DNA from: an uncultured bacterium
Lineage (GTDB): Bacteria; Desulfobacterota_D; UBA1144; Nemesobacterales; UBA2774
Direction: 5' to 3'
DNA length: 64,000 nucleotides
Assembly: GCA_963825135.1 (NCBI GenBank)
Contig: CAWGRW010000009.1
Coordinates: forward strand, 1,888,001 to 1,952,000
Positions 38,533 to 47,743 of this stretch are shown here, in pieces. The stretch's first letter is position 1. The number at the start of each line of letters is the position of its first letter. The notes under the pieces are model-generated. The model was not told the origin of the DNA. It saw nothing but the letters and a program-made list of their open reading frames with translations, and searched no databases. The translations under genes and the position numbers were made by a program.

Positions 38533-38883
38533 ATGAAAATCACGAGAATATACTCGGACCCTTCGGGGGAGTCCCGCTTCGGCGAGATCGAGCTCGTCCT
38601 AGGTGACGCGGGCCCTATCGGAAGGCTTTCCGAAAGGTTCCCCGTGAATTCTATTATCTTCAGGGAAAACGACGCCGGCTACGATTACGACTGGCATAAT
38701 GCCCCCGAGAGGCAGTACATCGTCCTCCTCGACGGCGAGATAGAACTGGAGGTCAGCGACGGAGAGAAAAGGATATTCCGGGGCGGGGACGTGCTGCTTG
38801 TCGAAGACGTGACAGGCAAAGGGCACAGGACCAGAGTCACTAACAACAGGCCGCGAAGGTCTGTTTTCATTACGCTTGAGTAA
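38533..38883 (+). CDS. Cupin-fold hypothetical protein
   Basis: RIYSD..GESRF, WHNAPERQY..LLDG, VSDGE.R.F..GD.LLVED.TGKGH. Confidence 0.8.
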   Translation: MKITRIYSDPSGESRFGEIELVLGDAGPIGRLSERFPVNSIIFRENDAGYDYDWHNAPERQYIVLLDGEIELEVSDGEKRIFRGGDVLLVEDVTGKGHRTRVTNNRPRRSVFITLE

Positions 38884-38909
38884 AGCTCAGAGCTTTCAGA
38901 GAGGTCGAT

Positions 38910-39842
38910 ATGCCGGACAAGATACTCGGGATCCACCACATAACCGCGATCGCTACGAGCGCAAGGAAGAACCACGAATTCTACACTAAAGTCCTCGGTC
39001 TCAGGCTCGTCAAAAAGACGGTCAATTTCGATGACCCCACGACATATCATTTTTATTTTGGAAACGAGCGCGGCGAGCCGGGAACAATACTGACCTTCTT
39101 TCCCTGGGAGGGGATAAGGAGGGGCAGGGCGGGCACGGGTCAGGTGACCGCCGTCTCATTTTCGGTTCCGGAGGGTTCCATGGGCTTCTGGCTCTACCGT
39201 TTCAGACATTATAACGTCACCTACAACAACCCCTCCTCCGTGTTAGGCGACGAGGTCCTCGTTTTCCTCGATCCGGACGGGCTCAAGCTCGAGCTTGTAT
39301 CCGATGCGGGTGACGACCGAAAGGTTTGGGACGCGGACGATGTGCCTCAAGAATTCGGCATCAGGGGATTCCACGGCGCGGCCTTGTCCCTCGAGGGCTA
39401 CGAGGCGACCGCAAAATTACTGACCGAGGTCTTCGGCTACGAGAAGAAGTACGAGAATGTAAACCGCTTCAGGTTCGTGAACCCGAACAGCGCGAATGCC
39501 AATATCGTCGACCTCGTCTGTCTCCCCTCAGGGCAACGCGGCAGTGTTGCCGGGGGAACGGTGCATCACATAGCTTTCAGGACCGCGAACGAGGGGAGCC
39601 AGCTCAGAATCAGGGAGAAGCTTCTTTCATTAGGCCACAACGTAACACCCCAGCTCGACAGGAATTATTTCAAGTCGGTCTATTTCCGCGAGCCCGGCGG
39701 GGTTCTTTTCGAGATAGCGACCGATTCGCCCGGTTTCGCGGTCGACGAGGACCTGGCTAATCTCGGTCGCGGATTGATGCTCCCCGACTGGCTCGAATTC
39801 AGGAGGGGCGAGATAGAAAGCGTCCTCCCTCCGATTGATTAG
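38910..39842 (+). CDS. Ring-cleaving dioxygenase / VOC family (MhqA/MhqO-like)
   Basis: GIHHITA, LVKKTVNFDDP.TYHFYFG, GTVHHIAFR and DRNYFKSVYFREPGGVLFEIATD. Confidence 0.92.
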   Translation: MPDKILGIHHITAIATSARKNHEFYTKVLGLRLVKKTVNFDDPTTYHFYFGNERGEPGTILTFFPWEGIRRGRAGTGQVTAVSFSVPEGSMGFWLYRFRHYNVTYNNPSSVLGDEVLVFLDPDGLKLELVSDAGDDRKVWDADDVPQEFGIRGFHGAALSLEGYEATAKLLTEVFGYEKKYENVNRFRFVNPNSANANIVDLVCLPSGQRGSVAGGTVHHIAFRTANEGSQLRIREKLLSLGHNVTPQLDRNYFKSVYFREPGGVLFEIATDSPGFAVDEDLANLGRGLMLPDWLEFRRGEIESVLPPID

Positions 39843-39850
39843 AGGCAAAT

Positions 39851-40480
39851 ATGAGCATTGTGCCCGCATTCGTTCACATCTACGTCCCTCCCGCCGACAT
39901 AACCATGGATAAAACGCTCCTCCTTCTTCATGGAACGGGGGGCGACGAGGAGAGCCTCATACCTGTCGCGGGCAGGATTCTGCCCGGAGCCGGGATCCTC
40001 AGTCCTCGCGGCAAAGTTCTGGAGAACGGTATGCCCAGGTTCTTCAGGCGGTTCTCGGAAGGGGTGTTCGATCTCGAGGATTTACGTTACAGGACGGACG
40101 AGCTCGCGGAATTCATCATCCGGGCCTCCGAATTTTACTCCATCGACAGGGGCATGCTGACCGCTGTCGGCTATTCAAACGGGGCCAATATAGCGGCGAG
40201 TATTCTTCTCACCCGGTCTGGCATCATCCCGACTGCTGTGCTCTTTCATCCGATGGTCCCTTTCATACCCGAGAGCCTGCCCGACCTCTCCGATACAGAT
40301 ATATTGATTACGGCCGGTAAGAACGACCCGATAGTCAGCCCCGAGGGCACGGAAAACCTGGCAGGGCTCCTCAAGGAAGCCGGAGCCCGAGTGGAGGTGT
40401 TCTGGCAGGAAAACGGGCACAATCTCACACGGGGTGAGATAAACGCCGCCGGAACGTTCCTCTCCGAATCCCGGATATAG
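39851..40480 (+). CDS. Alpha/beta hydrolase (MhqD-like carboxylesterase)
   Basis: LLLHGTGGDE, ENGMPRFFRR, GYSNGANIA, NDP and GH; adjacent to the dioxygenase. Confidence 0.9.
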   Translation: MSIVPAFVHIYVPPADITMDKTLLLLHGTGGDEESLIPVAGRILPGAGILSPRGKVLENGMPRFFRRFSEGVFDLEDLRYRTDELAEFIIRASEFYSIDRGMLTAVGYSNGANIAASILLTRSGIIPTAVLFHPMVPFIPESLPDLSDTDILITAGKNDPIVSPEGTENLAGLLKEAGARVEVFWQENGHNLTRGEINAAGTFLSESRI

Positions 40481-40562
40481 TTTTCATCAACTAAATCTAT
40501 GAAGTAAGATTATTAACTGAGAGGCTATATAAGCCGTCGAATAAGGCAAAGGGAGAGCCCGC

Positions 40563-41228
40563 ATGATCGATTTTTATACGTCCAACACGCCAAACGGGAG
40601 GAAGGTCTCGATAATGCTCGAAGAGACGGAACTTCCTTACAATCTGATCCACCTCCATCTGAGCAAGTTCGAGCAAAGGCAGGACTGGTATCTGAAGATA
40701 AACCCGAACGGCAGGATACCCGCAATAGTCGACCGCGATAACGACGATTTCGCAGTGTTCGAGTCGGGCGCGATACTCATCTACCTCGCCGAGAAAACGG
40801 GGCAATTCCTTCCCACGGACGTAAAGGGGCGATCTACGGTGATACAGTGGCTCATGTTCCAGATGGCCGGCATAGGGCCGATGCAGGGACAGGCTAATGT
40901 TTTCTACAGGTACGCGCCTGAAAAGATAGAATACGCCATAGGCCGTTACCAGCGCGAGACGAAAAGGCTTTACACCGTGCTCGACACTCGTCTCGGGGAT
41001 AGCGAATTCATAGCCGGGGATATTTACTCCATTGCGGATATGGCCGCGTACCCCTGGATTACGCTCCATAACTGGGCCGGGGTGGATATCGACGACCTTA
41101 CGAACCTCAGGAGATGGATGACTGCCGTCAGGCGCCGCCCCGCCGTGACGAGGGGCATGGACGTACCCAAGACAAAAAAGGTCGACGAGGGCGAGGCCGC
41201 GAAGAGGGGCTCGGCGCTTCTGGTCTGA
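40563..41228 (+). CDS. Glutathione S-transferase, YfcG/YghU-like disulfide oxidoreductase
   Basis: [28 protein letters not shown] and QWLMFQM.G.GPM.GQ. Confidence 0.9.
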   Translation: MIDFYTSNTPNGRKVSIMLEETELPYNLIHLHLSKFEQRQDWYLKINPNGRIPAIVDRDNDDFAVFESGAILIYLAEKTGQFLPTDVKGRSTVIQWLMFQMAGIGPMQGQANVFYRYAPEKIEYAIGRYQRETKRLYTVLDTRLGDSEFIAGDIYSIADMAAYPWITLHNWAGVDIDDLTNLRRWMTAVRRRPAVTRGMDVPKTKKVDEGEAAKRGSALLV

Positions 41229-41293
41229 ATCCCGGCTTCGCGCGCCGGTCTCTTCCGCGCTGAAAAATAACATGTGGAAACAGGAGTTGGAGC

Positions 41294-42739
41294 GTGAAGA
41301 ATATTAAAGTCGATGTGGCAATCATAGGCGCCGGTACCGCCGGTATGGTCGCATACAGCGCAGTCAGCAAACATACGGACAAGGTTGCTCTCATAGAAGG
41401 CGGGCGGTACGGCACAACATGTGCGAGGGTCGGCTGCATGCCGAGTAAACTGCTCATTGCAGCGGCAGACGCGGCTCACTCGATCGAGGAAGCCCCCGCG
41501 TTCGGTGTTTTCCCCGGGGGTAAGCCGATAGTCGACGGCGTAAAAGTGATGGAGCGTGTGAGATCCGAGCGCGACCGTTTCGTCAGCTTCGTCCTCGATT
41601 CGATTGAATCGATGCCTTCAGGGAGCAACCTCAAGGGACACGCCCGCTTCATCGACGACAACACTCTCATTGTCGATGACCACACCACTGTAAAGGCCGG
41701 ATCGATCGTTATAGCTACGGGGTCGAGCCCTTCCGTGCTCCCTATGTTTCAGGGTCTCGGGGACAGGCTCGTCGTCAGCGACGACGTGTTTTACTGGCGG
41801 GACCTTCCTACCTCCGTCGTCATCTTCGGGGCCGGTATCATCGGGTTAGAGATCGGTCAGGCTCTCGCGAGGCTCGGCGTAAGGGTCGTGCTATTGAGCA
41901 AGCAGGGACTTCTGGGCCCCCTCAATCACCCCGAGATAAAAGAGTACGCGGGAAAAACGTTCGCCGGCGAGTTCTATATTGATACCGACGCCGAAGTGCT
42001 CGGCGTGGAAAAGAAAGAAGGCGGGGTCGAGGTCCGCTTTAAAGACCTCCGGGGTAAAGAGCGCGTCGAGACGTTCGATTACGCCCTCGCGGCGACAGGG
42101 CGGGTGCCTAACGTCAAAGACCTCGGGCTCGAAAATACGAGCCTCGAGCTCGACAAGAGGGGCGTGCCGGTTTACGACCGATACACGCTCCAGTGCGGCA
42201 AGAGCCCCATATTCATCGCCGGGGACTCCAACGGCGACGTCCCTCTCCTCCATGAAGCGGCTGACGAGGGCGGTATCGCGGGAGAGAACGCTTACCGTTA
42301 CCCCGACGTGAGCGCGGGCAGGAGGAGAAGCCCAATCACGGTCGTATTTACGGAGCCCCAGATGGCCGTAGTCGGCTCCGGATATAACGAGCTTAAGAAA
42401 AAGGAGGGGCTTTGTTTCGTCACGGGTCGGGTTTCGTTCGAGGACCAGGGGAGGAGCAGGGTCATGCTGCGGAATAAGGGACTGCTCCATATATACGCCG
42501 AGTACGGAACGGGCATATTCCTTGGCGCCGAGATGTTCGGCCCCCGCGCCGAGCACATAGGCCAGCTGCTGGCCTGGGCCCATCAATTGAAAATGACCGT
42601 CCCCTGTATGATCGAGATGCCTTTCTATCACCCTGTTGTCGAAGAGGGGCTACGCACGGCGCTGCGGGACGCAAACGGGAAGCTGCACATGGGACGCGCC
42701 CTCGCCGAGAACAGCATGGAATGCGGCCCGGGCACTTAA
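41294..42739 (+). CDS. Dihydrolipoyl dehydrogenase-like pyridine nucleotide-disulfide oxidoreductase
   Basis: GAGTAG, TTCARVGCMPSK, GAGIIGLE, ATGR.PN and FYHPVVEE; C-terminal ECGPG. Confidence 0.88.
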   Translation: MKNIKVDVAIIGAGTAGMVAYSAVSKHTDKVALIEGGRYGTTCARVGCMPSKLLIAAADAAHSIEEAPAFGVFPGGKPIVDGVKVMERVRSERDRFVSFVLDSIESMPSGSNLKGHARFIDDNTLIVDDHTTVKAGSIVIATGSSPSVLPMFQGLGDRLVVSDDVFYWRDLPTSVVIFGAGIIGLEIGQALARLGVRVVLLSKQGLLGPLNHPEIKEYAGKTFAGEFYIDTDAEVLGVEKKEGGVEVRFKDLRGKERVETFDYALAATGRVPNVKDLGLENTSLELDKRGVPVYDRYTLQCGKSPIFIAGDSNGDVPLLHEAADEGGIAGENAYRYPDVSAGRRRSPITVVFTEPQMAVVGSGYNELKKKEGLCFVTGRVSFEDQGRSRVMLRNKGLLHIYAEYGTGIFLGAEMFGPRAEHIGQLLAWAHQLKMTVPCMIEMPFYHPVVEEGLRTALRDANGKLHMGRALAENSMECGPGT

Positions 42740-42911
42740 AGAATGAATGTGAGTAGATTTTAATAACGTCGTCATTGAGAGGACGATTTCGAACGTGTGC
42801 GGAAATCGTTCTTCCTTAGCTAATTGCGAATGTGCCTGTTCATCTATGTTCCGGAGTAACATAATCCATATCAAGCGACCGCGGCATTCCGCAACTCCGC
42901 GGCGACACCCC

Positions 42912-42940
42912 CCCGTTCGCACTGAGCGTGTCGAAGTGCG
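42912..42940 (+). repeat. REP-like palindrome, copy 2
   Basis: CCCGTTCGCACTGAGCGTGTCGAAGTGCG; CGCACT/AGTGCG stem. Confidence 0.6.
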
Positions 42941-42997
42941 CATTCTTTATTTCCCTCCCCCTTTTCCACAGCGGGAGGGTTAAGGGCGGGGGTTAAC

Positions 42998-43069
42998 CTC
43001 GTCATCGACGATTCTAAGTACGTCACGGGCTCGGACCTCGTCATCGACGGCGGCTGGACAACGCTTTAA
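42998..43069 (+). pseudogene. C-terminal relic of a short-chain dehydrogenase/reductase
   Basis: Reads LVIDDSKYVTGSDLVIDGGWTTL-stop, the classical SDR tail (D.S.YVTG..L.IDGG). No upstream body is present. Confidence 0.7.
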
Positions 43070-43136
43070 CGCCCGCTTACGTGGGGGGATGAAAGATTAA
43101 TATTTGTGTATAATAAATTCACGACGGTGCGCATAA

Positions 43137-43634
43137 ATGCCGATTTATGAATTTTACTGCAAGAAATGCAATACGGTCTATAAGTTCTACTCCCGTACGA
43201 TAGATACGACCACTGTCCCAAAATGCCCCGAATGCAAGAGGGTCAAGCTCGAAAGGATGTTTTCTTCCTTCGCAACGCTATCTAAAAAAGATAAAGAAGT
43301 CGGTCCCGGCGCCGGAGTGCCGGATATAGACGAGACTAAGCTCGAGAGGGCTATGGCAATGCTTGAGAAAGAGGCGGAGGGCATGGACGAGAACGACCCC
43401 ACGCAGGCGGCGGACCTCATGAGAAAGCTCACGGACGCGGCGGGTATTTCGCTCGGAGAAGGGATGGAAGAAGCCCTCGCCCGCATGGAAAGGGGCGAGG
43501 ACCCGGATAAGATTGAGGAAGACCTGGGCGGCCTGCTCGGAGAAGACTCGTTTCAATTCGAAAACAAAAAGAAAAAGGGCTCAGGGAAAGCTGCACCGAA
43601 ACCCAGGATAGACGAGACCCTCTATGAGCTCTGA
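43137..43634 (+). CDS. FmdB-family zinc-ribbon protein
   Basis: MPIYEFYCKKC...CPEC...LERMFS.F; DENDP and RME.GEDP motifs. Confidence 0.85.
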   Translation: MPIYEFYCKKCNTVYKFYSRTIDTTTVPKCPECKRVKLERMFSSFATLSKKDKEVGPGAGVPDIDETKLERAMAMLEKEAEGMDENDPTQAADLMRKLTDAAGISLGEGMEEALARMERGEDPDKIEEDLGGLLGEDSFQFENKKKKGSGKAAPKPRIDETLYEL

Positions 43635-43661
43635 TCCTGCAATTTGCCAGGAGAAAATAGC

Positions 43662-45365
43662 ATGAAAAAATTATTGAGGGTTTTTCTCCCGGTAATTCTC
43701 ATCTCATTTCTATCGTTCGGCTGCGCCGGAAATAAATCAGCTACCTCCACCAAGACGCCGGCCGCGCCCCCGATTTATCAGGACACGTCGGACTTTGAAA
43801 AACCTCCCTGCTCGACCGGCGAAATAAAAATAAAGGAGGGCTCTCTCTGCGGCAATCGGGTTATGACGTCGGAAGGGAAAGCGGTGAACGCGTATCTCGG
43901 CATTCCGTTTGCCGAGTCCGCGGGAGGGCAGAACCGCTGGCGTCCCCCCGTCCCCAAGACGGCGTGGAACGGGACGTTAAATGCTACACGCATGGGGCCT
44001 TCATGCCCTCAGGTTACGCCGGTCACGACTCCCCAGAGTGAGGATTGTCTCAGTGTAAATGTCTGGACTCCCGCCGACGCTTCCGCATCTCCGCGGGCCG
44101 TCATGGTGTTTATTTACGGCGGAGCGTTTGTTTACGGCTCTAACGCCAACCCCCGTTACGACGGTGCGTACACCGCCGCCTACGGGGACGTCGTCGTCGT
44201 GAATATGAACTACAGGCTGGGCGCATTCGGCTTTCTGTCAGGCATTAGGGACAAGAAAACGGGCGAGGAGATTAACGGCAACTTCGGTATACTCGATCAG
44301 ATTCTCGCGCTAAAATGGGTGCGCGATAATATCGGCGCCTTCGGCGGAGACCCGGATAAGGTAACCATCTACGGCGAGAGCGCGGGCGCCATGAGCGTAG
44401 GGCTCCATATGTTGTCGTCCCCCGGCTCGGAGCCGCTCTTCCGGGCGGGCATAATGGAGAGCAACCCGCTCGGGCTTCCTTACAAGAGCCTGAAACAGTC
44501 TCATTCGATAGCTAAGGAATTTGCTTCCAATCTCGGCTGCCCGGTTGACGATATAGGGTGCATGAGGTCGAAGCTGCCCGAGGTGGTGCTGGACGCGCAG
44601 TCGCAGCGAGACCTCGTCTGGCCCGCGCTCCTCCACGGCATAGGCGATATGCTTGTCTGGGCGCCCGTGATCGACGGGGATGTATTGACGGAGCAGCCGC
44701 TCGAAGCCGCCTTGAAGGGCAAACTGACCAAGCCGGTTATTATAGGCACAAACGCGAACGAGGCTCTGATATTCGTAGAGAAGGCGAAATCCGGGCTCGG
44801 CTGGAAAACCGTATCCGATTTTGATTACCGTCTTACGATGGATTTCATTCTTCGGGACGGAGAGTTAAGAAAGAAAATATACAAGAAGTATCCGCCGAAC
44901 GGGAAGGACAACACGGATCTTATCTCCAGGGTGCTTTCGGAATACCTTTTCGCGTGCCCGAGTCTGGACGCGGTATCGCATGCCTCCCGTCAAACCTGGT
45001 CATATCGGTTTCACCACATACCGTCCTTCAACATCTGGACCCAGTTTCCGGCCTGCGCGGACGCTGTCTGCCATTCGGTGGAGCTGCCGTTCGTATTCCA
45101 CACGGCCGAGAACGCAGGCCGGACCTTCACCGCGGAGGAGAACGGGCTTTCCAATCTGATGGTCGGCTACTGGACGGATTTTGCAAAGAATTTGAATCCG
45201 GACGGGGGAGCGGCCATGTGGCCTGAATTCGGTCCCGGTTCAAAGAACCTCGTATTTATAACCCCTGTAAATGATATTCAAGCCAAACCTGACACCACTT
45301 CCGATTGCGGGTTCTGGGACGGCGTTGGTTATAATCTGCGCGATTCTTTCTGGGGATTGTTCTAG
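43662..45365 (+). CDS. Type-B carboxylesterase/lipase, lipoprotein
   Basis: Lipobox SFGC; YLGIPFA, SEDCL..NVW.P, NYRLG.FGF, FGGDP.KVTIYGESAG and CHSVEL. Confidence 0.92.
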   Translation: MKKLLRVFLPVILISFLSFGCAGNKSATSTKTPAAPPIYQDTSDFEKPPCSTGEIKIKEGSLCGNRVMTSEGKAVNAYLGIPFAESAGGQNRWRPPVPKTAWNGTLNATRMGPSCPQVTPVTTPQSEDCLSVNVWTPADASASPRAVMVFIYGGAFVYGSNANPRYDGAYTAAYGDVVVVNMNYRLGAFGFLSGIRDKKTGEEINGNFGILDQILALKWVRDNIGAFGGDPDKVTIYGESAGAMSVGLHMLSSPGSEPLFRAGIMESNPLGLPYKSLKQSHSIAKEFASNLGCPVDDIGCMRSKLPEVVLDAQSQRDLVWPALLHGIGDMLVWAPVIDGDVLTEQPLEAALKGKLTKPVIIGTNANEALIFVEKAKSGLGWKTVSDFDYRLTMDFILRDGELRKKIYKKYPPNGKDNTDLISRVLSEYLFACPSLDAVSHASRQTWSYRFHHIPSFNIWTQFPACADAVCHSVELPFVFHTAENAGRTFTAEENGLSNLMVGYWTDFAKNLNPDGGAAMWPEFGPGSKNLVFITPVNDIQAKPDTTSDCGFWDGVGYNLRDSFWGLF

Positions 45366-45499
45366 AGACCCGGGATGAATAATCTGTCACCGGTTCTATA
45401 TTGACCGGCCCCGATTCTATCTTGCGGTTATTCGCTCAAAGCAGTAGAATTTGCTGACCGTCCCGTCGAAGTCTCGCAGAGGTTTCGGACCGTGCTGTT

Positions 45500-46763
45500 A
45501 TGAAGCTTCTTACAGTTTATTTGATATGTGTATCTCGTATTCGCCGGGGCGCTCTCTGCCCGGGCCGGGGAAGATTCCGGCAAGGAACCGGGCTCCTTCT
45601 TCTCAGACCTTTCTACGCGTGAGCATCTTACCGGAAGCTGGGACGGCTTGAGAGACAGGCTCAACGAATGGGGGCTCACTCCCACGGCCGGCTACAGCGC
45701 CTCTCTGCTCGGGAACCCTGCGGGAGGAATAAGAAAGGGGATAAAGTACGCGGGACTCCTCGACGTCTATCTCGATTTCGACCTCGAAAAGCTGCTCGCG
45801 ATAAGGGATACAAAGCTCGTCGTCTCGGGCGCTTGGGCGTTCGGCGAGAACCTGAGCGGGGGTGACATCGGTAATTACTTCACGGTTTCGAACGACTACA
45901 ACGGCAAGGTAGTAAAGCTTTACCAGTTCTATATTGAGACCGGGCTATGTAAGGACAAGTTGACGGTCGCGCTCGGGCGCATGGGCATAGGGGACGATTT
46001 CGCGGCCGCTGATGTATTTTACCTCTACGTGAACTCTGCGGTTGATACCAACCCGATAAGCCTTCAGTACAATATCCCGGCTTTCCTTAGTAACCCGGAC
46101 GCGGCGCTCGGCGCGCGTATCAGTGTAAAACCGTTAGACGAATTTTATCTGGCCGCGGGTGTATATAACGCCGCCCCCGTATCCGGAGGCAATTCCGGCG
46201 TTTCTATCAAAACGGATTTCACGTTCGGCGACGGTGTGATTCTGATAAGCGAAGCGGGTTACACGCCCGGGAGGAAGGAAGGTTCGGCGGGGCTCCCGGG
46301 GGAATATAAAATCGGCGCTTACTACGACACGGGCGATTTCGATGAGCTTTCGGACGATGAGAATAAGCGTAACGGGAATTACGGCTTTTATATGATCGCG
46401 GATCAGATGGTCTACCGCGAGCCCGGGGACGGCGGTCAGGGCATGACGCTCTGGGCGGCCTCGACGTTCGCTCCGGAGGAGGGAATCAATCTGTTCCCGC
46501 TTTTTCTCTCCGGAGGTTTCTCGTACGAGGGTCTGTTGCCGGGCAGGAATAACGACACGGCCGGTTTCGGTTTCGCATACGGCAAGGTCAGCCGGGATCT
46601 GGACAACGGGGACTATGAAATCGGCATCGAGGGCACCTACATATACCAGGTTACGCCCTGGCTCGGCTTACAGCCTGACGTACAGCTTATAGTACATCCC
46701 GGTGGGGACGCGGGCATACCGGACGCCCTCGTCGCGGGGATGCAGATATCCGTCGATATTTAG
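45500..46763 (+). CDS. OprB-like carbohydrate-selective porin; signal peptide appears frameshifted (continuous ORF 45528-46763)
   Basis: LTGSWDGLR..L...G, LPGEYKIGAYY, DQMVY, GLLPGR.ND..G and LQPDVQ...HPGG. Confidence 0.85.
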
Positions 46764-46827
46764 GATCGATCGTTATATACTGCGGCGGGAATTCCGGGAA
46801 CCCTCATCGGCGGCGTAAACGATCCCG

Positions 46828-47634
46828 TCAATTGTTTCCCGGCTTGAATACATCTTTAAGGAATTCCTTCATCTGCGCCCACGACTTTACGTCCGCTTCC
46901 TTGTTGTAGGCGATCGGCAGATTGTTTTCCTGGCCCAGCCTGTCCGCATCCGGGTTCGTGAAGCTGTGCTTTGCCCCTGGATAGACGACTATTTCGTAGT
47001 CTGCGTGAGCAGCGTCCATCTCCCGCTTAAAAGCGTCTACCTGCTCCTCAGGCACGAAGGTATCGTCGCCTCCCGTAAACACCAGGATCTTTGTCTTTAC
47101 CGTGTCCGGTGAGGCATCGGACATGGGGCTCAGGTTCCCGTGGAAGCTGACGACTCCGTCGAGGTCCGCCCCGGTGCGCGCCATGTGGAGTACGACAGCC
47201 CCGCCAAAGCAGTAACCTATCGCCGCAATTTCTTCCGGATTCACGGTTTTCTGCTGCTTCAGCAGCGCGAGCGCCGCATTGAACCTCTTCTCGCCTATCC
47301 CCATGTTATTCATGACTTCGGTCACGAACTTTTGAGCGTCCTCGGGGTGCTCGCTGTTTTTTCCGTCCCCGTACATATCCACGGCGAGGGCGGTGTATCC
47401 GAGCCCCGCGAGCATGTCCGCTCTCTTCCTGACGTAATCGTTAAGCCCCCACCATTCGTGGACTACGAGGACCCCGGGTCTTTTCCCTTTGATGCTATCG
47501 TCGTACGCGATGTATCCCTTGAGAGCCGTCCCGTCCGCCTTGTACTCGACTGTTTCACCTACAATCTTCGAATAGGACTGAGACGTAAGGAATGCGCATA
47601 GAATCAGGAGCGTATAGCCGAGCGTTCTCATCAT
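46828..47634 (-). CDS. Dienelactone hydrolase family, secreted
   Basis: PGVLVVHEWWGLN, GYCFGG, SFHG and YPGAKHSFTNP; start MMRTLG with GGGGG SD and signal peptide. Confidence 0.92.
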   Translation of the reverse strand: MMRTLGYTLLILCAFLTSQSYSKIVGETVEYKADGTALKGYIAYDDSIKGKRPGVLVVHEWWGLNDYVRKRADMLAGLGYTALAVDMYGDGKNSEHPEDAQKFVTEVMNNMGIGEKRFNAALALLKQQKTVNPEEIAAIGYCFGGAVVLHMARTGADLDGVVSFHGNLSPMSDASPDTVKTKILVFTGGDDTFVPEEQVDAFKREMDAAHADYEIVVYPGAKHSFTNPDADRLGQENNLPIAYNKEADVKSWAQMKEFLKDVFKPGNN

Positions 47635-47743
47635 ATTCCCCCCCTGTGGTATTGTATTACATTCATAAATGATGGGAATACGGATGTCAACAAATTTATC
47701 CCGAAATGACATTATTCCGGGACGCTTATAAACGGAGGATCCC

